Shown here piece by piece: positions 41,382-51,034 of a stretch of DNA of 64,000 bases. The notes beneath the pieces were generated by a model. It did no database searches and was not told the DNA's origin. It worked only from the letters and a program-made list of their open reading frames with translations. The position numbers and the translations under genes are program-made. The first letter of the stretch is position 1. Each line of letters starts with the position of its first letter. The stretch lies in assembly GCA_963677925.2 (NCBI GenBank), contig CAXXYH010000003.1, positions 64,001 through 128,000 of the forward strand. The letters run 5' to 3'. The stretch comes from Spirochaetia bacterium. Lineage in GTDB: Bacteria > Spirochaetota > Spirochaetia > UBA9216.

Positions 41382-42147
41382 TATTTTTTACATCTTCATC
41401 TGATAAAAACAATTCAAATTTTTCAATTCCATTTTCTTTTGCTATTCTTGTTATTTCTTGTTTTCCTTGTATGACTATAACATTTGACTCTCTTGCTTCA
41501 CGATATTGTTCACTTGATAATCTTCCGGTTGTAATAAATATTGCATTATCTACCCTTCTTGCAAAACATCCTGATAAGAATTTCAACCATTCCATTTGCG
41601 TTGGTGAATTCTTTTCTTTATGAAACTTAGCTTGAACACCTATAGATCGTATTTCACTAAATTTTTCACCCAATTTATCTCCAATAAAATCCAATCCTCT
41701 TTCAGAAGCTTTATATCGACCTTGATGATGCCATACAAAATTTGGATATAATGCTTTTAGCAATTCTAATGTATATAGCTCAAAAGCTTGCCCACGCGCT
41801 GAATTAGAGATAGATAATTCTTCTTGATCAGTATCAGTATTTACTGTAATTTCATTTTCTAATTCATTTTTTATATATTCTTTTCCAGACGGTGTAACTT
41901 GCCATCCTGGATCTTCTTTATTATAAGGATATATAAAACCAGCTTTCACAGCTACCTTATTTATAAAAAACCTTAGGCTTGCTTTCCCTTGAGTTGATAA
42001 CTTCTTTCCTGGCATTTCATTTTCAATAGCTTTATATAAATCTTTAATATCAGCTTTTCCACCTAAATCTAAAATCGCTTTTATTGCAATTTTAATTTGA
42101 GCTTCACCATTTAAACCAATATCATTTCCAGTACATTCATTATCCAA
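41371..42147 (-). CDS. Cassette: Mrr-like restriction endonuclease
   Basis: N-terminal wHTH; AFE...ERGLD...VQAK...FITTG. Confidence 0.8.
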   Translation of the reverse strand: MDNECTGNDIGLNGEAQIKIAIKAILDLGGKADIKDLYKAIENEMPGKKLSTQGKASLRFFINKVAVKAGFIYPYNKEDPGWQVTPSGKEYIKNELENEITVNTDTDQEELSISNSARGQAFELYTLELLKALYPNFVWHHQGRYKASERGLDFIGDKLGEKFSEIRSIGVQAKFHKEKNSPTQMEWLKFLSGCFARRVDNAIFITTGRLSSEQYREARESNVIVIQGKQEITRIAKENGIEKFELFLSDEDVKNNEY

Positions 42148-42267
42148 TTTTAACCTCTTACATTTCTTTATAGCTCGTCGGCCGGAGGTCCGGGCTATTA
42201 CTTCTCATATTTTACACCCAACCAGCGAATTCTTCTAATATTTTTATTGCTTCAAATTCTAATGTGT

Positions 42268-42409
42268 ATTTAACGACGTTTTGAGTTGCAAAATCGTTCG
42301 GTGTCCACGCCGAATTGGCGCGATTCTGGAGTGCAGCGCGATCAGCGCGGAACGTCTTTAGCCAGAATCGTGACAATAGATTTTGACTACTCCAAAACTT
42401 TTGTTAAAT
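42268..42409 (-). repeat. attC family A
   Basis: atttaac...gttaaat. Confidence 0.9.
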
Positions 42410-42496
42410 GCTTATACCCAACTTACCCTGCACATAAAATAAAAATGTGGCAAAGCCTGGAGCCCGAATGGGCGGAACATATAACCCCTGTTATAT
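42410..42496 (-). repeat. Right half of split family-B att site
   Basis: aaaataaaaatgtggc...catataacccct gttatat matches the right half of 61740-61830. Confidence 0.8.
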
Positions 42497-43057
42497 AAAG
42501 TACTTGGGCCACCTAATTAAAAACCCTAAATACATGGATGTATTTAGGGCAGTATTGATTTTGGTTTTATATTTCAATATCTGTAATACGAATAAATAAA
42601 TTACTAATTCTATCAATAATTTTTCAAACACTTCATGATTATCAATTACTTCTATCATAGTCTTTAAACCAGTTTTGTTTTTATCTTTCATTCTTAAATA
42701 TTTGATATAACTTCCATGGTATTCAACTATCTCATAATATGAATGAACATATTTATTTCTATCTTCTTCAACTCTTTTTAATTCTTTCTTCAGTTCTGAA
42801 AATTCGTCAATCACAATACTTTTAACATTATTCTGATACATTATTGATTCAATAATATTTATGATTTTATAGAAACTAATCTCGGAGGCTATAATTCTTG
42901 CATATTCAACATTCCCCAATAATTGCCCCAACAATTCAACAAGTGCATGTTCCAATTCTTGAAAGGAAAAAATAATTAATCCTAATGTACTTGTCGGATC
43001 ATTCATGAATAAATTATTATTTGCATTTTCCATCCAATCGGGTATTTTTGAATCCAT
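42491..43057 (-). CDS. Cassette: hypothetical protein, HEPN-like RNKYVH
   Basis: FQELE...RNKYVH; stop lies in the family-B core. Confidence 0.6.
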   Translation of the reverse strand: MDSKIPDWMENANNNLFMNDPTSTLGLIIFSFQELEHALVELLGQLLGNVEYARIIASEISFYKIINIIESIMYQNNVKSIVIDEFSELKKELKRVEEDRNKYVHSYYEIVEYHGSYIKYLRMKDKNKTGLKTMIEVIDNHEVFEKLLIELVIYLFVLQILKYKTKINTALNTSMYLGFLIRWPKYFI

Positions 43058-43091
43058 TTCATCCTCTATCTAAGATTTAAGTTTTAACTTG

Positions 43092-43445
43092 TCAAACAAA
43101 TTGAACTAATATTATCACACCTTCTGCCCATTCATATTTCTCAATTATGCGTTGAACTATTTTTGTAACAAACTCTATATAATTGTTTTTGGCACTATAA
43201 GATATTGGATTTTCTCCATTAGCAGTAGTCAATGTAACAATTAATTTATTAACTCCTTCTTCATTTAATAGGGCAACTCTAAAAGCTATTCTAGTTGCCC
43301 ATGCATCAGTTTCAATTTTTATATTTTTAAAAGCTTCATATTCTAACCATTCTTTTCTACTGATATCATATGGTAGAGTTAAATCATAAGAGAATAATGG
43401 TATAGTTAAAGCAAAAAGCATAATACTGAAGATTAATTTTTTCAT
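43092..43445 (-). CDS. Cassette: secreted hypothetical protein
   Basis: Signal peptide; SD. Confidence 0.7.
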   Translation of the reverse strand: MKKLIFSIMLFALTIPLFSYDLTLPYDISRKEWLEYEAFKNIKIETDAWATRIAFRVALLNEEGVNKLIVTLTTANGENPISYSAKNNYIEFVTKIVQRIIEKYEWAEGVIILVQFV

Positions 43446-43530
43446 TCTTACTCCTAACTTCTAATTCAATCTTTTATGTTCAACACGAGCCAGGACGGCG
43501 AGTGCCAAATCTCCGCTGCCCAAGTATTTT

Positions 43531-43628
43531 ATATAACGTCCCGGGGTTATATGACGTTTTTATTTTTCTTAATTTTACCACCACTTACCCGTATTTACCA
43601 ATCATAAACTATTGGCCCATGTCTGTGC
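43531..43628 (-). repeat. Left half of split family-B att site plus linker
   Basis: atataac gtcccggggttatatgacgtttttatttt. Confidence 0.8.
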
Positions 43629-43772
43629 ATTTAACGACGAAATAAGTTGCGCCCTCGATCCTGAGCCGCAGGCGAAGGAATTGGCGCGGTTTCTGAGTGA
43701 GGGCCATTGCCCGAACGTCTTTAGCAGAAACCGTGACAATAGACGGCGACAACTTCATTTCATTTGTTATGT
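43629..43772 (-). repeat. attC family A
   Basis: atttaac...gttatgt. Confidence 0.9.
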
Positions 43773-43775
43773 GTT

Positions 43776-44792
43776 TCATTCCCTCATCTCAGGTGCAAAT
43801 CGATAAGAATATACTATTTCTTCTACTGAATTATTATAAAGTATTTCATTATCAACTAAATTATATAATTGTCTTAGTAATTTTTGATATTCTTCATTAT
43901 CATTTATCTGGCTCATTACAGTGTAATGTTCTAAAAAGAATGGTAAGAATGAAATAGTAGTAATTTCGTTTACTTCTTTATAAAATTCATTTGTATCAGT
44001 ATTATTATACAATCCTAAATACTTCTCAAAATTTTCATATTGAATTGTCAAATACTCTAATATTTCTATTTCTCCATTGATCAACTTATCCAAATTCATT
44101 TTACCACTGATAACCACATCTCTATCAATTCCTAAAAAATAATTTGAGAAAGAGGCTAAATAATTATCTTTATAATCTACACTTAAAAACCATTCAAATC
44201 TGGTAACCTTATATCCTTTTTCAATAAATGCATGATTAATATATCTGCTTTGAAAATAATATGAATCAAGAATATACAAATATTCTTCTAATTTGTTTGC
44301 AGAAATATATTCGAACCTTTTATTATTCATATAATCATATATAACTTTGAATTCTCGTACCACTGAAGATATTACTAATGTTAATAAGTCTTCTTTTTCA
44401 AGATAATATCTACTTAGATACAATGTTAAATTCTCATTTTCATCAGTTGATACGAGTGCGACATGGGTTATATCTTCATCTGTATTAGTCTTTATTTCAA
44501 ATACTCCATTTTCAATCATTTCTGCAATATCTTTAGCGATTGCCCCATAATCGATCATTTCATCTTCAATATTTTGCATATCATCTAAAATATGATCTAT
44601 CAATTCATATGTCCCAGGCCCTGCTTCTCGTGAATCTGTGTCAGGTAATAAATCATTTAAATCTGAATAATTAATATTCCATTCTTCTTCCATTCCGGAT
44701 ATATACCCAGTTCTTGCACTGAAATCAATTGTTTCAGCATAAATGATTACTGTACTGCAAAAAAATAGAAGTATTAGACTAATCTTTTTCAT
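43776..44792 (-). CDS. Cassette: secreted hypothetical protein
   Basis: Signal peptide. Confidence 0.7.
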   Translation of the reverse strand: MKKISLILLFFCSTVIIYAETIDFSARTGYISGMEEEWNINYSDLNDLLPDTDSREAGPGTYELIDHILDDMQNIEDEMIDYGAIAKDIAEMIENGVFEIKTNTDEDITHVALVSTDENENLTLYLSRYYLEKEDLLTLVISSVVREFKVIYDYMNNKRFEYISANKLEEYLYILDSYYFQSRYINHAFIEKGYKVTRFEWFLSVDYKDNYLASFSNYFLGIDRDVVISGKMNLDKLINGEIEILEYLTIQYENFEKYLGLYNNTDTNEFYKEVNEITTISFLPFFLEHYTVMSQINDNEEYQKLLRQLYNLVDNEILYNNSVEEIVYSYRFAPEMRE

Positions 44793-44842
44793 TAAATTTC
44801 CTCTTTAAATTATTTTATCACTAAATCGTAAATCTTAAATAC

Positions 44843-44986
44843 ACATAACGACGAAATAAGTTGCGCCCTCGATCCTGAGCGTAGCGAAGGAATTGGCGTG
44901 ATTCTGGAGTGGAGCGCGATCAGCGCGGAACGTCTCCGCCAGAATCATGACAATAGACGGCGACAACTTCATTTCATTTGTTAAAT
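44843..44986 (-). repeat. attC family A
   Basis: acataac...gttaaat. Confidence 0.9.
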
Positions 44987-45147
44987 GCCGATAATATCGA
45001 CTCATTTCAGAAAAATAAAAATGAGCTGAAGGCCAAGCTCAATTATAACAATGCTTATATTCTCCAAGAATGTACAAGTTTCTGATTACTTTTAATAATA
45101 TCGCCAAAAGTACACGGATGTACTTTTGAAACTGTATTCTAATATAT

Positions 45148-45912
45148 TTACAAATCTTCTCCAGTTTTATTTTTATATGCAGCAAACAAATAGTTACATA
45201 TAGATTTTGTAGAATCAATTGTCAGTCTTGCATGATGTTCTTTAAGTTTATAATATTTCCCCTTAGATTTTCCATGTGAATCCGAATGTTGATTTCTTAT
45301 CTCACTAATTCCTTGTACTATTGAAAAAAATCCAGATAGAATTTTCTTAAAATATTCTTCTTTATAATCTATTGGATCTAAGTGAAGAAAATTAGAAACT
45401 TTCTTATACAGTTTTATTAGATCATCATTACTACTAATTTCTATAGACTGCTTTTCAAGTATTGTTTTTAATAATGTTTCAAGTAATGTTCGAGAATTTG
45501 TTACTGCACCGTCAAAATCTTTATCCATTAATTTACGATCAATTTTTTCTATCTGTTCTATAGCGTAATCAAAGCTAATTTTCTCTATATGGTTTTCAAT
45601 TTTGATATTATCTACAGGAATTTTCATTGTTGGATCTATAAAAGATTCAATCCAACAAAGATCAATAGAATTTTCTTCAACTGGATATAAAATATGGAAA
45701 GCATCCAAGATTATTTCATTATCATCATGAGAAAGTTCTTGTAACTTTTCATAAGTTACAATATCAGAGTATAATTTTAGTCCAGTACGATATGAATTAA
45801 AGGCTCGACCAAAGCTACTTGATTCAATAAACTCATATGAACATTTTTTAAGTAAAATTGCTAAATCATTCCTTTTTTTATAAATCAAATATTCTAAAAT
45901 TCTATCTTCCAT
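45148..45912 (-). CDS. Cassette: abortive-infection C-terminal (Abi_C) family protein
   Basis: GAVTNSRTLLE...IRNQHSDSHG. Confidence 0.8.
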   Translation of the reverse strand: MEDRILEYLIYKKRNDLAILLKKCSYEFIESSSFGRAFNSYRTGLKLYSDIVTYEKLQELSHDDNEIILDAFHILYPVEENSIDLCWIESFIDPTMKIPVDNIKIENHIEKISFDYAIEQIEKIDRKLMDKDFDGAVTNSRTLLETLLKTILEKQSIEISSNDDLIKLYKKVSNFLHLDPIDYKEEYFKKILSGFFSIVQGISEIRNQHSDSHGKSKGKYYKLKEHHARLTIDSTKSICNYLFAAYKNKTGEDL

Positions 45913-46054
45913 TCTTCCTCTTTATAGCGAGCCAAGGACGGCGAGCAAAAAACCAACTAAAATCAGAAATTGTACATAGATTATGTGACGTTTTATTTTT
46001 CTTATTGTATTCTATCACACTCATCATTTTCCCAAAACTGTTATTTTTTCGTGC

Positions 46055-46194
46055 ATTTAACGACAATTTGAGCTGCCTGGCGGCGCGAGTCTTCGAGCGC
46101 ATTGGCGTGATTCTGGAACGTAGCGCGATCAGCGCGAAGTGTCTCTGCCAGAATCATGACAATAGCCAGGACTGCTCCAAATTTTTTGTTAAAT
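46055..46194 (-). repeat. attC family A
   Basis: atttaac...gttaaat. Confidence 0.9.
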
Positions 46195-47355
46195 GCCGTT
46201 TTCCATCAAGTCTAAAGTTTCATCTGCTTCTTCAATCCATCTATTTATTATCGCTTTATTCTCATTCTTTTTTTCTTGATTTTTTGTATAGGATTCATTC
46301 AAGTCTTTTTGATGTTTATAATATTCACCGAGTTTTGATATTAAATCGCGTCCTTTCTCATTAATTTTCTTATCTTTAATTATCTTGGTTAGTTCTCTTT
46401 CCATTTCTTCAACAGAATATCCTGTCGTTTTCTTAAAATCTCTTATTACCCATTGTTTTTCAAATATATTTCGTTTCAACCAGCCGTCATATTGTTCTTT
46501 ATATGTTCCATAGATCTTTTCTATTTTGTTTTCCAGTTCTTTATCTATTGCTCTTTTATTTTCTTCTTTTTCACTAATTTTTATTTTCTCATCAAGTAAT
46601 ACCTGTATTGAGCCTACTTCCTTTCCATTATATTTCTCCGGCACTAATAATGATAATGCAACCCCTAAACCTGCTTCTTCTTTGGTTAATTCATGACTTT
46701 TATTTATTTCATCAAATTCTTTTTGACTTATTCCCATATATCCTGCAATTTGTTCTGTTGATTCTTTTGTCGTCATAGTTTTTACATACCCCGGCCCAAC
46801 ACAATAAGTATTTATCTTTAATCTTTCTAATTCCATTGATAAAGTATTACATAATTCAATCTGTGCTGTTTTTAATATCTCATAACATCCCATATATGGG
46901 ACTGCACCTGATGACGGCATAAAAACTATAGTTCCACTATTCTTTTCTTTCATATATGGTAAAAATGCTTTTATTAGTAATACTGGACCCTTTAAATTTA
47001 CATTATAGCTTAAATCCCATTCTTCCGGTTCAATTTCTTCAAGTTTTCCAATCTTTACTATTGTTGCATTATTTATTATCACATCTATTCTTTTATATTT
47101 ATTAAAAATAAGTTTTTTAACTTTTTCAATTTCATTGATATCACCAATATCGCATTCTATTATCTTTAAATTTCCTAATTCCTTTTTCTCACGAGTGTAA
47201 TTTTCTATTTTATTCTTGTCATTTTCTAATATTACTACATTTGCTCCAAATTTTTCACAATTCCTCGCAATTTCCATGCCTATATCACCACAGCCTCCAG
47301 TAATTAAAATGACTTTTCCTTTTAACCTATCGTAGTCTTTAATTTCTTTTTCCAT
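46189..47355 (-). CDS. Cassette: SDR family oxidoreductase
   Basis: TGGCGDIG, IDVIINNA, YEILK. Confidence 0.85.
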   Translation of the reverse strand: MEKEIKDYDRLKGKVILITGGCGDIGMEIARNCEKFGANVVILENDKNKIENYTREKKELGNLKIIECDIGDINEIEKVKKLIFNKYKRIDVIINNATIVKIGKLEEIEPEEWDLSYNVNLKGPVLLIKAFLPYMKEKNSGTIVFMPSSGAVPYMGCYEILKTAQIELCNTLSMELERLKINTYCVGPGYVKTMTTKESTEQIAGYMGISQKEFDEINKSHELTKEEAGLGVALSLLVPEKYNGKEVGSIQVLLDEKIKISEKEENKRAIDKELENKIEKIYGTYKEQYDGWLKRNIFEKQWVIRDFKKTTGYSVEEMERELTKIIKDKKINEKGRDLISKLGEYYKHQKDLNESYTKNQEKKNENKAIINRWIEEADETLDLMENGI

Positions 47356-47414
47356 ATTCTTCTCATCATAATTGTATTATTGATAATAACAAATGTATAT
47401 CATAAATTCCGTGC

Positions 47415-47547
47415 ATTTAACGACGAAATAAGTAGCGAAACTGTCCCGAGTCTTCGAGGGTTGGAGCGGTTCTGGAACGAGCGATCAGCGAGTGTCTCCG
47501 CCAGAACCGTGTCAAAAGTTTTGACTACTTCATTTCATTTGTTAAAT
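47415..47547 (-). repeat. attC family A
   Basis: atttaac...gttaaat. Confidence 0.9.
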
Positions 47548-47587
47548 GCTTTTCTTTATCAGACCGCACGACGGAGTCAAGGTCTGA

Positions 47588-48469
47588 TTATATATTACTC
47601 TTAATAATGATTGTGGTACCAACTCCACCTTCTTTATAAATATTTCCTAAATTTTCTTTAAAATATTCTATTCCTACATCTCCAGTGCTATGCATAGGAT
47701 ATAAACATCTTAAAGGTATCTCCTGAAATTTCTTCTTTGTATATACCAATAATCTTTCATTTGCTTGATGTAATTGTAAGCCTCCAATAATAAAACTTAT
47801 ATTATTATCACTCTTTTTTATGATATGATTTATTGTATTCACTATTCCTGAATGACAACATCCACATATTACAATTTTACTATTATCTTCAAGTTCAATA
47901 ACTAATGAAATATCATCATCCAATTGATCCTGTTCTTCAATTCCATTCTCTCTTTTTATTACTTTTTTTAACATTGGATTTAAAATCTCATAATCATTTT
48001 TTCTTGGGATTTCTCCTGTTATCCAAATATTATCAGTTATTCTATATTCATCTTTTCTCTTAATTATTCTGCCACTTTGTTCAATTCTTTCTATTTCTTT
48101 AGTATCTTGTATCCCAACATTTTTTTCAGTACCATCTTCCAATATTAATATTTTTTCTATTAACGTATCAGGATGGCAAACAACTCTAACATAGTCATTT
48201 GAATTCGTAAAAGCATATGATAATCCACCGGTATGATCAAAATGTCCATGACTTAAAACTATATAATCAATATCGCTTATATCTAACTTTAATTTTTGTA
48301 GATTTATTTTCAATCTTTCATTTTCTGGGCCAGTATCAAATAGTATTTTTATAATAGTTCCATCATCTAATTCATTCTCAACTAATGCTGAAAATCCTCC
48401 AGGAGCATATTCGTCTCCAACAATTGATTTATTATCAACTATTACCGTGATTTTAACCTGTTTTACCAT
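47588..48469 (-). CDS. Cassette: MBL-fold metallo-hydrolase
   Basis: LFDTG, SHGHFDHTGG, CGCCHSG. Confidence 0.88.
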   Translation of the reverse strand: MVKQVKITVIVDNKSIVGDEYAPGGFSALVENELDDGTIIKILFDTGPENERLKINLQKLKLDISDIDYIVLSHGHFDHTGGLSYAFTNSNDYVRVVCHPDTLIEKILILEDGTEKNVGIQDTKEIERIEQSGRIIKRKDEYRITDNIWITGEIPRKNDYEILNPMLKKVIKRENGIEEQDQLDDDISLVIELEDNSKIVICGCCHSGIVNTINHIIKKSDNNISFIIGGLQLHQANERLLVYTKKKFQEIPLRCLYPMHSTGDVGIEYFKENLGNIYKEGGVGTTIIIKSNI

Positions 48470-48619
48470 TTACAATATTTCCCTTATCTATTATCGAGAG
48501 TATAAACACTGATACAATCCTATAGCCCGTCGGCCGGAGGTCCGGGCTATTTCTTCATTCTTATACTAAACCCAATATACAAAATCGACTAACATTTTTA
48601 TGATTTATACTTTAAGTGC

Positions 48620-48756
48620 ATTTAACGACCAAATAAGTAGCGAAACCGGCTGAGGTCTTCCGAAGCTTGGCGCGGTTTCTGAGCGAGGAGCATTCGACGA
48701 GCGTCTCCGCAGAAACCGTGTCAAAGGTTTTGACTACTTCATTTGATTTGTTATCA
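48620..48756 (-). repeat. attC family A
   Basis: atttaac...gttatca. Confidence 0.9.
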
Positions 48757-48783
48757 AGAGCAATTTTCTTCATTTCTCGAATT

Positions 48784-49221
48784 CTATTTTTCCCATTCCA
48801 TTATGAATTCTATTTCTCCAGTATCTTTATCTATTGAGTCTGATATTATTTCAAATTTTTTATTCCTATAGAATCTTATACTTTTCTCATTCTTTTTATA
48901 TACTCTTAATTCTATTCTTTCTCGTTTTTCTTTTACGAAGTTTAATAATTGACTACCAATCCCCATACCTTGTATTTCTGTTAGTACAAAAATTGCTGCA
49001 AGATATTCATTTATCATTGATACGAACCCCAAAAGCTTTTTATCATTTTGGGCGATATAGGTTTCTGACTTTGGGATATATTCTTCTTTCATCATTGATT
49101 TATTCCTTTCCCAATATTCATCTGAAATAAAACTATGAGTTTCTATTGATACCTTATACCAAAGTTCAACAATATCATCTATATCTTCATGACTTGCTTT
49201 CGTTATCCTTACATTTTCCAA
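48784..49221 (-). CDS. Cassette: GNAT acetyltransferase (YjaB-like)
   Basis: THSFI, QGMGIGSQLL, NEKSIRFY. Confidence 0.88.
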   Translation of the reverse strand: MENVRITKASHEDIDDIVELWYKVSIETHSFISDEYWERNKSMMKEEYIPKSETYIAQNDKKLLGFVSMINEYLAAIFVLTEIQGMGIGSQLLNFVKEKRERIELRVYKKNEKSIRFYRNKKFEIISDSIDKDTGEIEFIMEWEK

Positions 49222-49342
49222 TAATTTACCTTTTAATATCGACGCAGTCTCTATTCCCAGCCCTAATGTTCGCTTCCACTGGGGTTTTTACTTTCAGTTC
49301 CGCTTCCATTGGGATTTTTCTTAATTATCTCTTTCCTTTTCT

Positions 49343-49588
49343 TTATGATACCTTCCACTTAATATCCAATTTAAGATGTTTTCTAGCGCAATCTGCCAAA
49401 TACAAATTGATCAATTGCTGATATTTTATTCCAGATTCCTCTGACATATCCTTAAAATAATCTATTGTATCTTCATCTAAGCGGATAGTTATCTGTTTCT
49501 TTAATTTCGATACATACGGATTCTTTTTTGCATTTGAAAAATCATAATGTTCTCTCATAATTTCATCCTCCATATTCCCTTGTTTCAT
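49343..49588 (-). CDS. brnA: BrnA-like antitoxin (true start probably MREHYDF)
   Basis: KKQITIRLD...YFK...YQQLINLYL. Confidence 0.85.
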   Translation of the reverse strand: MKQGNMEDEIMREHYDFSNAKKNPYVSKLKKQITIRLDEDTIDYFKDMSEESGIKYQQLINLYLADCARKHLKLDIKWKVS

Positions 49589-49847
49589 CCTTATCAGCTT
49601 TCCTTGCTGATATAATCCTTATTATTTCGTCATTTTCCCTATAACAATGACACACCACCAATACTTTTAAAGTTTGTGATAATCCCATAATCAAGAATCT
49701 TTCTTCATCTTCAGAATGATCCGGATCATGTATTATTAAAGCAGCTGGATCATAGAACACTGTTTTTGCTTCATCAAAGCTTACCTTATGTTTCTTTTTA
49801 TTGATATTATTCTTATTTTCATCCCATTCGAACTGGATATTTTTCAT
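49563..49847 (-). CDS. brnT: BrnT family toxin
   Basis: FEWDENKN..N..KH.VSF, IRIISARKA; start placed at MKNIQ behind the promoter. Confidence 0.88.
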   Translation of the reverse strand: MKNIQFEWDENKNNINKKKHKVSFDEAKTVFYDPAALIIHDPDHSEDEERFLIMGLSQTLKVLVVCHCYRENDEIIRIISARKADKDETREYGG

Positions 49848-49853
49848 ACTTAT

Positions 49854-49882
49854 AATGTACATACATTGTAGTGTTTTGTCAA
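49854..49882 (-). promoter_or_regulatory. sigma70-like promoter of brnTA (leaderless)
   Basis: TTGACA-17-TACATT, ATG 6 nt downstream. Confidence 0.7.
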
Positions 49883-50032
49883 TTTTTATATTTCATAATA
49901 ATCCCAGCCCTAACGCTCGCTTCCACTGGGGTTCTCTCACCGTTTCGCTTCCGCTGGCAGCTGAATTTCGTTCCCATATGGGTTTAAACTACAACAATTA
50001 TTTCATCAAATTTACACTGCGTTATTGGTTCT

Positions 50033-50178
50033 TGATAACGACGAAATAAGTTGCGCCCTCGATCCTGAGCCGAAGGCGAAGGAATTGGCGTGATTCTGGA
50101 GTGGAGCGCGATCAGCGTGGAACGTCTCCGCCAGAATCATGACAATAGACGGCGACAACTTCATTTCATTTGTTATAC
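50033..50178 (-). repeat. attC family A
   Basis: tgataac...gttatac. Confidence 0.9.
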
Positions 50179-50185
50179 GGATTTT

Positions 50186-50476
50186 CTATACTTTTTCCAA
50201 TAATTTCCCAGATACATATTTATGCAATATCATTGAAACCAGGGTTTGATATGGTAATCCTTCTTCCATTGCTTTTATCTTCAAATTCTTCAAATCTCTT
50301 TCTGATATTCTTATATTCATCCTTTTATCTTTTTTCATCGTAGCTTCAGCATATTTTTTTGCTTGAAGCCTATATTCTTCATTTTCTTCTATTTCTTCCC
50401 ATTCACCTTTCTCAAGTGAATTTATTAAATCGCGTTCTTCTTCATCTATCGGAGTAAACATATTTTCCTCTTTCAT
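50186..50476 (-). CDS. Cassette: CopG/RHH-type antitoxin
   Basis: KDKRMNIRISERDL..K.KA.EEGLPYQTL. Confidence 0.85.
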   Translation of the reverse strand: MKEENMFTPIDEEERDLINSLEKGEWEEIEENEEYRLQAKKYAEATMKKDKRMNIRISERDLKNLKIKAMEEGLPYQTLVSMILHKYVSGKLLEKV

Positions 50477-50760
50477 TCCTTTCCTCCATTCTTCAATAAT
50501 TTCTTCGTATATTCCCTACTCGGGTATATTGTCTTTAGAAATATCTCTTCACCTTCTTTATTTTCAACAAAAGGCACTATATATATATAATCATTATAGT
50601 TGATTAGATAAATTTTCTGATTTCCATATTTTTCTTCATTTGGATGCCTTAAGACTTTTACAACTTTTCCTTCAGAAATACACAATATAATTTCTTCAAA
50701 TGACATGTTTCGTTGTTCCTTCAGTATTTCATTCTTTTCATCATTCCAATTATATGTCAT
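50473..50760 (-). CDS. Cassette: BrnT-like toxin
   Basis: YNWNDEKN..LK..R..SFEEI, FLKTIYPSR. Confidence 0.85.
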   Translation of the reverse strand: MTYNWNDEKNEILKEQRNMSFEEIILCISEGKVVKVLRHPNEEKYGNQKIYLINYNDYIYIVPFVENKEGEEIFLKTIYPSREYTKKLLKNGGKE

Positions 50761-50766
50761 ATTATA

Positions 50767-50795
50767 AAGATAAGCTCACGTGTGCCTTTTGTCAA
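50767..50795 (-). promoter_or_regulatory. sigma70-like promoter of the TA cassette (leaderless)
   Basis: TTGACA-17-TATCTT, ATG 6 nt downstream. Confidence 0.65.
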
Positions 50796-50896
50796 TACTT
50801 TATATTTCTTAATTTTTTACGGAGTCTCGATTTAACCACAAATGGCCCACTAAACTATGAAATCTATCAATATTATTTTATCTAATTCTTAATTCC

Positions 50897-51034
50897 GTAT
50901 AACGACGATTTGAGTAGCAAAACCGGCCGAGTCAGCGAGGCTTGGCGCAGTTCTGGAACGTAGCGCGATCAGCGCGGAGTGTCTCCGCCAGAACTGTGAC
51001 AAAGGTTTTGACTACTCCAAATCTCTTGTTATGT
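50897..51034 (-). repeat. attC family A
   Basis: gtataac...gttatgt. Confidence 0.9.
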
